A stretch of 58,517 nucleotides of DNA from Acidimicrobiia bacterium (GCA_013003395.1 JABDJC010000083.1:1-58517), one strand, 5' to 3'; numbered from the stretch's first letter, positions 48,667 to 57,871 are shown. Notes: generated by a model not told the origin, from the letters alone. A program made the numbers and translations.

Positions 48667-49377
48667 GTGTCGCAGCCCATGGCGATTCACGAGTTCGAAA
48701 CCCCAGACGACTTGGCCGCCGGTGCTGCGGAGTTCCTCCGAGATCGGCTGAGGACGTCGACTGATCGCACATCCCTCGGACTGGCCGGAGGAAGCACTCC
48801 GACGCAGACCTATCGACGGCTTCGGGACCTCGACGTCGATTGGCAGTCTGTGGATCTGTGGCTCACTGACGAGCGATTCGTTCCGGTGGATCACCCTGAC
48901 AGCAATGCCCGGATGGCTTGGGACGAGCTGGCATCGCCCGTCGCCGCGCATCTGCATGCACCCGACGTGGCACTCGGTGACCCTGCGACGGTGGCGCTCC
49001 GATACGCCGAAGACCTCGAACGGTTGTTGCGAAGTAGCCATGGCCGGATCGAGCCCGACGTCGTTCTGCTCGGGATGGGTCCAGACGGGCATACGGCGTC
49101 ACTCTTTCCAGGTACGGACGCCCTCCAAGCCACCGACCCGTACGCGGCGGTCTTCGTACCCAAGCTCGACGCCTGGCGACTCACGGCGACGTTGCCGTTG
49201 CTGCGCGCGGCACGCACCGTGGTGTTCCTCGTGGCCGGGCACGGAAAGGCCGCAATGCTTTCGTCGGTGCTCCAAACCGACGAACCACATCCGGTGAGCC
49301 TGGTTGCATCCGGCCATCGTGATGTGCATTGGTTCGTCGATACGGCGGCAGCTTCCGAGCTCGGCGGCGCCGCCTGA
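48667..49377 (+). CDS. pgl: 6-phosphogluconolactonase
   Basis: LGLAGGSTP, DERFVP and LGMGPDGHTASLFPG motifs. Start is GTG 48667 or ATG 48679. Confidence 0.9.
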   Translation: MSQPMAIHEFETPDDLAAGAAEFLRDRLRTSTDRTSLGLAGGSTPTQTYRRLRDLDVDWQSVDLWLTDERFVPVDHPDSNARMAWDELASPVAAHLHAPDVALGDPATVALRYAEDLERLLRSSHGRIEPDVVLLGMGPDGHTASLFPGTDALQATDPYAAVFVPKLDAWRLTATLPLLRAARTVVFLVAGHGKAAMLSSVLQTDEPHPVSLVASGHRDVHWFVDTAAASELGGAA

Positions 49378-49386
49378 AACGGACGC

Positions 49387-49800
49387 TCAGCCGTCCGTCG
49401 ACGTTGCGTCGTCGGTAGGAGGCACGGTTGGAGTCGGCACGGTCGCACCGCCACGCACGATGTCGAGCAGCAACTCTCCCGCAGGGTCGGTGGGGACGAC
49501 GTCGCCGAGGTTGGCCACCACTCCTGCATTGATTTCAGCAGGATCACAGTTCAGTTCCGCAACCCTCCGATCGAAGCCGGTCGACACGGCATCCAGCTCG
49601 ACGATACGTTCGGTCGGCGGAGCCTCGCCCGTGAGGATCTCTAGCGGCTGACCTTGAACGGCGTCGAGATACTGCTCGACCAACTTGGTCGCGGCGCTCA
49701 CCAGGTCATCGCAGGTGTCGACTCGTGCCGGGTCTGGAGGCGCGCTCGAGGTGCATGCCGAGATGACGAGAAGGGCGGCGAATGCAAGACGTAGGGACAC
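49387..49800 (-). CDS. Hypothetical lipoprotein
   Basis: VSLRLAFAALLVISAC lipobox and a Pro/Thr-rich C-terminus. GTG 49800 chosen because the longer ORF overlaps the upstream hydrolase gene. Confidence 0.55.
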   Translation of the reverse strand: MSLRLAFAALLVISACTSSAPPDPARVDTCDDLVSAATKLVEQYLDAVQGQPLEILTGEAPPTERIVELDAVSTGFDRRVAELNCDPAEINAGVVANLGDVVPTDPAGELLLDIVRGGATVPTPTVPPTDDATSTDG

Positions 49801-49817
49801 GGCGCGGAGGTTACCGT

Positions 49818-50615
49818 TCAGCCGGCATCCACAATCGCCAGGTGATCCAACAACGCCTCGGCCCAAACCGTCGGATGGCTCAGCTGTGGCGAGTGGTAGG
49901 CACCAGGGATCACCACCTGGCGAGCATTCGGGATTTGGTCCGTCAGCCGCTGAGAAGGCCCGATGAAGGGATCGTCGAACTCTCCGACGAGAACGGTGGT
50001 TGGTGCCGAGATCCGAGACGCCTCGGCGAGAACAGACGGACCCTCACAGAACACCAGGCGGCCGAGCTGGACACGCGCCCTCGGATCAAGCCGATCAGAG
50101 TTGTGAGCCAGCCGCTGATCGACCCACTCCTCAGACCATTCGTCGACGTGGAGTTCGTGTTCGGGGTTGTGCCCGACGTCGAGCGCTCCGCTCTCCAATG
50201 CGGTGGCGACGGCATCGTCACTCTGAGCGAACAGCGATTCCAGTTCTGCGCTGCGCTCGTCTCGATCGGGGTTATCGCCCCAGGTGTCCATCAACACCAG
50301 CGACCTGACCAGCTGGCCGTGGTGGACGGCGATCGGCAGCACCGTCCTGCCTCCCATCGAATGTCCGAGGATGTCTACTGGCTCGCCGATCTCCGTGAGG
50401 AGAAACTCGATCACGGATCGCGACAGTCCATCGAACGTGTACCTGGCTGCCCGAGGAGAGTCCCCGTGCCCCAGCTGATCGACCAGCACGATTCTCCGCA
50501 CTGATCTGAGTGGTTCGATCACGGAACGAAAGTCTTCGCTCGAACCCGTGTATCCGTGCACGAGTACGAACGTCGGTCCCGAACCCCCCATGTCGTGCCA
50601 CGCCAGTCCACTCAT
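49818..50615 (-). CDS. Alpha/beta hydrolase
   Basis: FVLVHGYTGSSEDF, GHSMGG. ATGA overlap with the upstream methyltransferase. Confidence 0.8.
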   Translation of the reverse strand: MSGLAWHDMGGSGPTFVLVHGYTGSSEDFRSVIEPLRSVRRIVLVDQLGHGDSPRAARYTFDGLSRSVIEFLLTEIGEPVDILGHSMGGRTVLPIAVHHGQLVRSLVLMDTWGDNPDRDERSAELESLFAQSDDAVATALESGALDVGHNPEHELHVDEWSEEWVDQRLAHNSDRLDPRARVQLGRLVFCEGPSVLAEASRISAPTTVLVGEFDDPFIGPSQRLTDQIPNARQVVIPGAYHSPQLSHPTVWAEALLDHLAIVDAG

Positions 50616-51403
50616 GTCGTCGGCTTCGTTGCGCTGAAGCAGAACTGGATGACTGAGAACGAGAACCGACCGGCTGCGTCGAGTTCTTTCTGCTCTTGCG
50701 CCCAGTCGTCCAACATGTCTTGGGTGCATCCGCGACGCCCGGCTGCGTAGCCAGATACGAATCGAAGAAGCCCTTTGCTGTATCCGTCGTCGGAAATATG
50801 GGTATTCACGGTGGCGTGTCCATCAACCGTGATCTCCTCGAATCCGGACATGGCCAAGCTCGCCGGCAGTGTCTGCGGCAACGATGGATCCGCGAGGTGT
50901 TCGTCCCATGCGTGTAGGACCGCAGCCATCCGCTCGGGATTCTCGGAGTACCACGAGACGGTTGCCCAGTCGATGTCCCACAAGACGACCCGACCGCCGG
51001 GACGCAGCACCCGATAGAGCTCGCCGAGAGCTTTCGGCACGTCTTCGACGTACTCGAGGACTTGGACCGACAGTGCGCGATCGAACGAATCCGCCTCTAC
51101 TGGGAGTGCTGTTGCAGCACCTTGCCGCAACTCGACGTTGGCGAGGTCGGCAAGCCGACGGCCACTTGTCTCGAGCATCGCCTCGCTCGGATCTACGCCG
51201 ACCACTGACCCGGATGGTCCGACTTGTCGTGCCAGTGCTTCCACGTAGAAACCGGGACCACTGCCAACGTCGAGGATGCGATCACCTGGCTGTGCGCTGA
51301 GCCGCCTGAGGACCGTGTCGCGCCGTTCGACGATGTCACCTGATTGATAGAAGCGCTCCATGAACGCGGCGGTTTCTTGATCAAATGCGAGATTGTCGGT
51401 CAT
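50612..51403 (-). CDS. Class I SAM-dependent methyltransferase
   Basis: ILDVGSGPG (motif I), LRPGGRVVLWD. Confidence 0.85.
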   Translation of the reverse strand: MTDNLAFDQETAAFMERFYQSGDIVERRDTVLRRLSAQPGDRILDVGSGPGFYVEALARQVGPSGSVVGVDPSEAMLETSGRRLADLANVELRQGAATALPVEADSFDRALSVQVLEYVEDVPKALGELYRVLRPGGRVVLWDIDWATVSWYSENPERMAAVLHAWDEHLADPSLPQTLPASLAMSGFEEITVDGHATVNTHISDDGYSKGLLRFVSGYAAGRRGCTQDMLDDWAQEQKELDAAGRFSFSVIQFCFSATKPTT

Positions 51404-51447
51404 GTGCGGCAATGTAGTTGGTCGACGCCTTCCGAATTCGCTGAGCG

Positions 51448-51957
51448 TCAGCGAGAGACTCCTTCGAGGAGTTCCTCGGCAAGCTCACCCTCGCCGTGCA
51501 GGACGCTTATGTCTCCCGTCGTTTCGAAGACAACTGCCTTGATGTCCTCGACTCGGAGCACGTTGGCCTCCCGTAGCTTTTCGCGGATGTCGCTCTCGGT
51601 GACGTGTGCCTTGCGCAGGTTCGCTTCTACGACGTTTACGCCATCCATGAGCAGCAGCGGCTCGTTGTCGAGAAATCGGCTCACCTGTCGGTTACGGCGC
51701 ATCACGGCGACTGCGGTCTTGAGGGCGATGAGCACTGCTATCGCCAGCAGGCCCTCGACCAGTGGAACCGTGGACAGCGCCGACGAACCGAGAATTGAGC
51801 CGATTGCCAGCGTGATGGCAAAGTCGAAACTCGACATCTTTGCGAACGTCCGCAGCCCGGCGATGCGTACGTAGAGGATCACGCCGCCAACGGCCAGAAC
51901 CGACGCTGCAGCAATGGCGCCGGCCTCGCTCCAGCTGATGGCGAAGAAGTCTGTCAT
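51448..51957 (-). CDS. DUF421/YetF-like membrane protein
   Basis: Three N-terminal TM helices followed by a soluble C-terminal domain (LLMDGVNVVEANLRKAHVTESDIREKLRE). Confidence 0.7.
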   Translation of the reverse strand: MTDFFAISWSEAGAIAAASVLAVGGVILYVRIAGLRTFAKMSSFDFAITLAIGSILGSSALSTVPLVEGLLAIAVLIALKTAVAVMRRNRQVSRFLDNEPLLLMDGVNVVEANLRKAHVTESDIREKLREANVLRVEDIKAVVFETTGDISVLHGEGELAEELLEGVSR

Positions 51958-52064
51958 GGCTTGCCCTTGGTTGCGTGCGGCGGATCCTTCCCGTTTTCAG
52001 GCGGTTGAAACGGCGGTGGCGTTTTCGATGTCTCAATCTGCGCTGAATTGGGTACGTTGGATGA

Positions 52065-52430
52065 ATGCGCACGCAGCTACCGACGCAGACTGACCTCGCA
52101 GCGTTTCTGCACGAGGGCGAGACCGTCAGGCACGTCTTCATGGCGTGTGACTACAACACCACCACGTATGAAGGCGGTTCGACGCGGATCGTCGCGGTCA
52201 CCGATCCATGGATCGTCGTGCTGTTCGGCGGGGTGTGGCATCGCACGGTCCCACAGAAGCTGGCCGAACGCCGCCGACCGACCGAGCTGCGGGATCCAGA
52301 CGCCGTTTGGCCCGGCACCAGCCTGTACGGAGAGGAGTGGGGTCAGGTCATGTCGGGCCTATGGGCTCACGTCAAATACCGCGACGTCGTCGACAAAGCG
52401 CGCAAACGCATCCTGTGGTTGTACTCCTGA
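52065..52430 (+). CDS. Hypothetical protein
   Basis: 121-aa ORF with GC3-rich codon usage. No family recognised. Confidence 0.45.
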   Translation: MRTQLPTQTDLAAFLHEGETVRHVFMACDYNTTTYEGGSTRIVAVTDPWIVVLFGGVWHRTVPQKLAERRRPTELRDPDAVWPGTSLYGEEWGQVMSGLWAHVKYRDVVDKARKRILWLYS

Positions 52431-52463
52431 GCTGATCACTTTGCGGTCGGGCGGCGCGCCCGG

Positions 52464-53632
52464 TCAGGGAGGCCCAGCCCCTGCGGCCACCAGAACCGGT
52501 TCGACGATTCTCGCTCGGACGTCTCCTCGCAATCGACCAGGAGTTGGTCGATAGATCGTGCCATCCGGCCTTCGCCAGACGAAGTCGTCGCCAGTCCATT
52601 CGATGGACCAGCCTCGGTCATGCAGGAATCGATGGTGGAACCCACAGAGCATGATGAGGTTGTCCAGGTCGGTCCTTCCGCCGTCTGCCCAGTGGATGAT
52701 GTGATGGGCTTGGGTCCAACGGATGCGCCCGCATCCGGGGAATCGGCACCCGCGGTCGCGGTGATTGAGCTGGCGCTTAAGCCAGCCCGGCACGACCCGT
52801 GAGCGCCGACCGATGCCAACCGGTTGCCCGTCCGAGCCGTCCATGACGAGCTCCAGTCGGGAGTCGCAGGCAAGGCGGCGCAAGACGGAATGAGCAATGG
52901 TTGGACCGGATTCGATCTCCGCTGGCCCGCTGCCGGTGAGCAGCGTTGCGGCATCCGCATGAACGACAATCGTCGCTCGGTCGACATCGCTGTCAGCCGC
53001 GATGCTGTGTGAAGCGATACGTACCAAAGCGTCGGCACATCGTGCCTGGTAGCGCTCGAACTCGCCGGTTTCTGGGTCGGCTTCCGAGTCAGTGGCTATG
53101 CGATGCAGTGCCTTCCATACCGTTGCACCGTCAGCGCCGGGGATCCGACCCGAGATCATGAGTGACCGATCAGTCTCATGCCACCGGTAGCGGAGGTATC
53201 GCATCTGGTAGTCGCGCACTTCCCGGTCTTCGGTCACGACGCGTGCTCGATTGGCCATTCGCTGGAGTTGACCAGGCGACAAGCCGGGAGCCAGATCGGC
53301 CAGTTCTTCATCACTGTCTGGAGTCGCAAACTTGGTGACGTGCCGAACCTGGTCCCACGAATCCGGCCATCTTCAAATGCAGAGGCGATTTGTGGGAGCT
53401 CAAACAACGACTCGGCTACCCGAACATGCTCGCGTGTGCTCCGGCGGTCGAGACCGAATCGAGTCTGGAGCCAGTCGAACATCGATTGCGCCCCGTCGTC
53501 CTTCCATACTTCCGACAAACCGTGGCGCCGAATCAATCCGAGCAAGGGACGATGGATCGCAGCCATCGCAGCAAACAGCTGCCCGATGGCGTCTTCTCGT
53601 TGTTGTGCGGTATCGCTGTCAACTGCTTCCAT
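52464..53632 (-). pseudogene. DUF222 + HNH endonuclease (13E12-type), interrupted by a single 1-nt frameshift near 53359-53362
   Basis: The DUF222-like N-terminal ORF (53632-53234) and the HNH ORF (53282-52464; CRFPGCG...HHIIHWADGGRTDLDNLIMLCGFHH) overlap in different frames. Reading across GGCCGGATTCGTGGGAC with one extra base restores ...FEDGRISWDQVRHVTKFATPDSDEELADLAPGLSPGQLQRMA. Confidence 0.8.
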
Positions 53633-53710
53633 TCATGCACAATACGACCTAAGTATGACAAGAAATCCAACGACAGTCACTGGTAGGAAGGCGGTAGTAC
53701 CATCAGCTCC

Positions 53711-53956
53711 ATGACGGTGAAGAAGATCTCGATAGCCCTCGATCCCCACGTGGCCTCAGCCGCCTCGGATGCCGCTCAACGCAAAGGGCTGAGTTTGTCT
53801 GCATGGCTGAACGAAGCAGCGAGCCGAGCACTTCAGATCGACGACGGTCTCGCCGCCGTCTCGGCGTACGAAGTCGAATACGGTCAGCTGTCAGACGATT
53901 CGCTGGACGAGGCGGACGCACTCCTCGACCAGACGCTCGGACCGCACGAGACGTGA
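53711..53956 (+). CDS. vapB: Ribbon-helix-helix antitoxin (VapB-like)
   Basis: 81 aa. KKISIALDPHVASAASDAAQRKGLSLSAWLNEAA is an RHH pattern. The stop overlaps the toxin start (GTGA). Confidence 0.75.
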   Translation: MTVKKISIALDPHVASAASDAAQRKGLSLSAWLNEAASRALQIDDGLAAVSAYEVEYGQLSDDSLDEADALLDQTLGPHET

Positions 53957-54333
53957 GCGGGGTCACATACGACACGGGCGCACTGATCGCAGCTGAACGA
54001 AACAACCGCCAGTTGTGGGCACTCCACCGACGCGCTCTCGAACGCGGCATTCTCCCGACCGTGCCGGCAACGGTGCTGGCTCAGGCATGGCGCGGAGGTC
54101 CACAGCCTTTGCTGTCGTTGCTCCTCAAAGGTTGCCGAGTGGACCCGTTCGATGAAGGCAACGCACGCTTGGCCGGCGCCCTTCTCTCGCGTGCTGCAAC
54201 AGGAGACGTTGTAGACGGCTCAGTTGTAGTTGGAGCAGCAGCACGGTCAGACGTCATCGTGACTTCTGATTCAGACGACCTGAGTGCGCTGGCCGAAGCG
54301 GCAGACTCCAACGTACGCATCGTTTCGATCTGA
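53953..54333 (+). CDS. vapC: PIN-domain toxin (VapC-like)
   Basis: 126 aa from GTG 53953. VTYDTGALIAAER (first acidic residue) and a C-terminal VIVTSDSDDL. Confidence 0.75.
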   Translation: MSGVTYDTGALIAAERNNRQLWALHRRALERGILPTVPATVLAQAWRGGPQPLLSLLLKGCRVDPFDEGNARLAGALLSRAATGDVVDGSVVVGAAARSDVIVTSDSDDLSALAEAADSNVRIVSI

Positions 54334-54367
54334 ACTTGCGACGATCGAACGCCAGCTCTCTCCAGAG

Positions 54368-54790
54368 TTAACTCTGCGTCGACATGCCTACTTCGATCAA
54401 GTAGCCGTCGGGATCACGCAGATAACACCGTGCTTCAGGGCCGCGATGCTGGGGCGGCGTCAAGAACTCGGCGCCTGCTGCGCTCCACTTCTCGTACACG
54501 GCGTCGATATCGGCGACACGGATGTTGAGCACGCTGCTTGCCCGATCCGGATCTTCTGGCGGCGCCAGCGTCACAGTGGGTTTGTCGTCGGTCGGGCCGC
54601 CACCGACGTTGATGATGAGCCACGTGTTGGCGAGGCCGAGGATTGCCGGTCCGTCTTCGACACGCATGATCTCGCTTGCACCCATGACGTTGACATAGAA
54701 GTCAGCTGATCGATCGATGTCGTTGACGATGAGCATCGTCGTGACGACGAACCCTTCCTCGGGTGCGGGGAATTCCTGCGGGTTGTCCAT
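54368..54790 (-). CDS. VOC (glyoxalase/bleomycin-resistance/dioxygenase) family protein
   Basis: 140 aa from ATG 54790 (GAGGAG RBS). The C-terminus CYLRDPDGYLIEV is typical of the family. Confidence 0.8.
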   Translation of the reverse strand: MDNPQEFPAPEEGFVVTTMLIVNDIDRSADFYVNVMGASEIMRVEDGPAILGLANTWLIINVGGGPTDDKPTVTLAPPEDPDRASSVLNIRVADIDAVYEKWSAAGAEFLTPPQHRGPEARCYLRDPDGYLIEVGMSTQS

Positions 54791-54919
54791 GGGCGGCTCC
54801 TCGATAGTGGCGGCGTGCCAACCGGTCTCGGGTTCGAGTGTATCGCCGCGCGGTGCCGTAGCTCGGGCGTTGAGATGATGCGGCGACAACCCATGCCGCC
54901 GCGCCTGGCGTTCAGTGCC

Positions 54920-55672
54920 TCAGGTCATGCGAGCAGCAAGGGATCGGGTGTTGCCGTTCACGATGGCGAGGTGCAGGTCGGTGTTGCGCCGCAGCTGTTC
55001 GCGCTGGTCGATCGAGATCGGCTGGCAGACCGAGCTCCAATGCAGTGCAACGATCGTTCCGGGCGCGGCTGGCTGCACCGACGGGTCTACTGACGGGTAT
55101 ACCTCTTCGGCCCGATCCGATCCCAGGAAGAGCTGCGTCCCGTCCCAGCGCAAGGGCTGAGACGTCACGAGGAGCTTCGAGCCGACGGTTCCTTCGACCG
55201 TCCCCCACCTGATGCGACACGAGTCGAGCACCTGCAACGCCGGGCCAAGGTTTCCTGATTTGAGAAGCCCGACCCAGGGGTACGCACAGAACACGTGGAA
55301 GGCGTGATTGGGAACGCCGCCCTGCTGGATCGCTGACTCGATCTCGGACCACGACGACCCCGCCCTCGGTCGGAAGCGTTCTTGTGTGGCGTTCCCCCAC
55401 ATCAGCACATCGATCTCGTCCAACAGCCGATTCCCGATCCAGTACGCCTCGACCACGCTCGTGTCGAGTGGGTCTCGGCCGGTCGAGTGGCCGATCAGTT
55501 CGAGGTAAGGCCAGGCGCCGGCGAACGCCGTTGCGGTCGCTCTCAGCTCCCCCGTGGACGCGTCGCCTGAGGTGATCATCTCCCCCAGAAGTTCGATGTC
55601 CTCTGGTCCGCAATACCCGAGCGTGTTCGGCGGGAGCGCGAATCGGCTGAAGAGGACAGGCCCGGAAGTCAT
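54920..55672 (-). CDS. Conserved hypothetical protein (no family assigned with confidence)
   Basis: 250 aa from ATG 55672, overlapping the EamA stop (ATGA). Begins MTSGPVLFSRFALPPNTLGYCGPED. Confidence 0.6.
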   Translation of the reverse strand: MTSGPVLFSRFALPPNTLGYCGPEDIELLGEMITSGDASTGELRATATAFAGAWPYLELIGHSTGRDPLDTSVVEAYWIGNRLLDEIDVLMWGNATQERFRPRAGSSWSEIESAIQQGGVPNHAFHVFCAYPWVGLLKSGNLGPALQVLDSCRIRWGTVEGTVGSKLLVTSQPLRWDGTQLFLGSDRAEEVYPSVDPSVQPAAPGTIVALHWSSVCQPISIDQREQLRRNTDLHLAIVNGNTRSLAARMT

Positions 55673-56631
55673 GGACTGCTGGCGATCGATGGGCGCAGCA
55701 TGGATGCGAAGAACGCCAGCACGACGCCTGCCGTCACCAGCCCAAGGCCGAGTACCGGAGGTGCCGGTATACCGCGGAGACCGACGTCGAGCACGGCTGT
55801 CACGACCGCGCCGCCGACGAGCACCGCCGTGACGTCCACCGCTCGCGCCCGTGCCAGCGCGGTGTACCAACCCATGACGTACAGAGAGAGGACGGCGCCC
55901 GTGGCGAGAATCCACACGACGTGAGCCAACGACAACGCAGCCAGATCGATGGCCCATCCACGGAACGAGCTGTACACGACAAGAAGCGCAGCTCCGCCTG
56001 CCATTCGCGCCACGCCGAGCATGATGGGTGGGGCCTCAACCAGAAGACGCTTCGCAACGACCACCTCAATCGACCAAAGGAGCGTCGCAGCCAGTAGCAG
56101 CCATTCACCGCGACCGAACGCCAGAGGGCCGTTGCCTCCACCAAGAACCGCTTGACCTCCCACGAGAAGTGCAATTGCCGCCAAGTGGGGCCATCCGATG
56201 CGCTCCCGCAGCACCACGGTGGCGAGCACCGCAACCCACACGATGAGCGTCTTGTGAATGATGCCCGCTTGACTCGATGACACGGCGGCCAGGCCTTCAA
56301 AGAACAACACAAACGGCACGCTCCCGCCAACCACCGCCACGGCGAAAAGGCCGATCCTGGACTTGAGACCGACGGGCACGCGCGGAGCTTCAGATCCCCT
56401 TTGAACCGTCAACGCGACGCCGACGATGATCGAAGCCGCGACGATGTTCTTGAGGGTGGTGTAGGTGGTGGCGTCGGCGACACCCTGCCAAGCCCTGACA
56501 CCAAATCCGTTGATGAAGACGGCCACGCCACTGACCACAGCGGTAGCGGCCGCGATCGTGAGCCCGTGCGGGCGCGTGTGCGTTGCTGGACTCGAACCCA
56601 AGGTCGATTGCAGGGTCGACGTACGTGACAC
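55669..56631 (-). CDS. EamA/DMT-superfamily transporter
   Basis: About 10 TM helices in two EamA-like halves. GTG 56631 preceded by GGAGGAG. The ORF-track N-terminal extension overlaps the divergent gene. Confidence 0.75.
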   Translation of the reverse strand: MSRTSTLQSTLGSSPATHTRPHGLTIAAATAVVSGVAVFINGFGVRAWQGVADATTYTTLKNIVAASIIVGVALTVQRGSEAPRVPVGLKSRIGLFAVAVVGGSVPFVLFFEGLAAVSSSQAGIIHKTLIVWVAVLATVVLRERIGWPHLAAIALLVGGQAVLGGGNGPLAFGRGEWLLLAATLLWSIEVVVAKRLLVEAPPIMLGVARMAGGAALLVVYSSFRGWAIDLAALSLAHVVWILATGAVLSLYVMGWYTALARARAVDVTAVLVGGAVVTAVLDVGLRGIPAPPVLGLGLVTAGVVLAFFASMLRPSIASSP

Positions 56632-56648
56632 GGCTCCTCCTCGTCCCG

Positions 56649-56664
56649 ATGTCAACAGATATAG
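56649..56664. repeat. Fourth copy of the ATGTCAA...CAGATATAG element seen at the SatD-like promoter
   Basis: ATGTCAACAGATATAG at 56649-56664, versus ATGTCAATACAGATATAAG at 20504-20522. CTATATCTG (minus strand) is identical to the 9-mer at 20473-20481. Confidence 0.55.
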
Positions 56665-56752
56665 ACGTCGATCGCCCTCCGCTGAAGGGTCCAATGGCCC
56701 TCCACGGACTGTCGTTGGACTGATGAGATGGCTGTACGGACCGGAAGGGCTC

Positions 56753-57871
56753 ATGGCTACCAAGGTTGTTGATCGTGCTGACCTCGGGAATCTGCTCGAC
56801 GCGTTGAGGGCAGAGGGGTTCTCTGTCCTGGGTCCCACCGTTCGCGACAAGACCATCACGTACGGTCCACTCACCTCGATCGAGGACCTCCCGATCGGGT
56901 GGACAGATGAACAAGAAGCCGGCACGTATCGACTTGTGCGAAGGGATGACGACGCGCTTTTCGGATATGTCGTCGGGCCGAACTCATGGAAACGTTTTCT
57001 CTTTCCACCCAGATCGACGCTTCTGAACATCGAACGACGGGACGGCTCTCTGGTGGCGACAGCGCCAGACGCGCCATCACAGGCATATGCCTTCATTGGC
57101 GTGCGTCCCTGCGAGATGGCTGCAATCGGCATCCAAGATGTCGTGTTCTTGCGGTCGGGTCACACCGACCGGACATATGCCGATCGGCGGCGTGGCCTGT
57201 TCACCGTAGGGGTCAATTGCGCCGTGGCAGGCGGAACCTGCTTCTGCGTTTCGATGGAGACGGGTCCGAGATGTGGTGCAGGTTTCGACTTGTCCTTGAC
57301 GGAAGTCATCGACGGCGACGATCATCACTTCGTATTCGAGTCAGGCAGCGAGCATGGCGCCGAGATCCTGGCTCAGCTCCCTGGTCGCGATGCGACGGTT
57401 GCGGACCTCGAGCAGGTGGACGCGATCGTCGCAAACACTGCAGCGCACATGGGGCGCCAACTCGACACGACAGGCCTGAGAGAGGCCCTTGCGGCGTCTC
57501 ACGACAGTCCCCATTGGGACGTAGTAGCCGACCGGTGCCTCACCTGTACCAACTGCACGCTGGTGTGCCCCACCTGCTTCTGCTCGACCGTCGAGGACGA
57601 TTCGAGCCTCGACGGTTCGGTGGCGAGCCGCAACCGTCGGTGGGACTCCTGTTTCACTCTCGATTTCTCAGCGCTCCACGGATCCCCGGTGCGCAGCTCG
57701 ACGAAGTCGAGATACCGCCAATGGATGACGCACAAGTTGTCGTCATGGTTCGACCAGTTCGAATCGTCCGGTTGTGTGGGTTGTGGCCGGTGCATCACAT
57801 GGTGCCCCGTGGCGATCGATCTCACCAAGGAAGCGGATGCGGTCCGCAGCCCCGAGAAAGCGAGCGCATGA
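56753..57871 (+). CDS. 4Fe-4S dicluster protein, AsrA / hydrogenase beta-subunit-like
   Basis: CLTCTNCTLVCPTCFC and CVGCGRCITWCP ferredoxin motifs plus an additional CAVAGGTCFC. ATG 56753 preceded by GGAAGGG. Confidence 0.8.
   Translation: MATKVVDRADLGNLLDALRAEGFSVLGPTVRDKTITYGPLTSIEDLPIGWTDEQEAGTYRLVRRDDDALFGYVVGPNSWKRFLFPPRSTLLNIERRDGSLVATAPDAPSQAYAFIGVRPCEMAAIGIQDVVFLRSGHTDRTYADRRRGLFTVGVNCAVAGGTCFCVSMETGPRCGAGFDLSLTEVIDGDDHHFVFESGSEHGAEILAQLPGRDATVADLEQVDAIVANTAAHMGRQLDTTGLREALAASHDSPHWDVVADRCLTCTNCTLVCPTCFCSTVEDDSSLDGSVASRNRRWDSCFTLDFSALHGSPVRSSTKSRYRQWMTHKLSSWFDQFESSGCVGCGRCITWCPVAIDLTKEADAVRSPEKASA

Noticed and set aside
51986-52012. Imperfect inverted repeat CCGTTTTCA...TGAAACGG in the DUF421/hypothetical divergent region
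   Set aside because: The stem has a bulge and there is no recurrence elsewhere in the window, so the evidence for a riboswitch or operator is insufficient.
54912-55613. 233-aa minus-strand ORF overlapping the 250-aa conserved hypothetical in another frame
   Set aside because: The sequence is Arg/Gly/Pro-rich and low-complexity. The alternative frame (54920-55672) has balanced composition and an ATGA coupling to the EamA gene.
56632-57132. N-terminal extensions of real genes in the ORF track (this one on the EamA gene)
   Set aside because: Each extension overlaps a better-supported neighbouring gene, and an internal start with an RBS or a stop-start overlap is available. Other examples are gltX 4151-4426, ppc 16141-16338, gatB 23054-23248, mnmA 35848-35946, SpoIID 42623-42754, murA 43885-43995 and the hydrolase 48623-48772.
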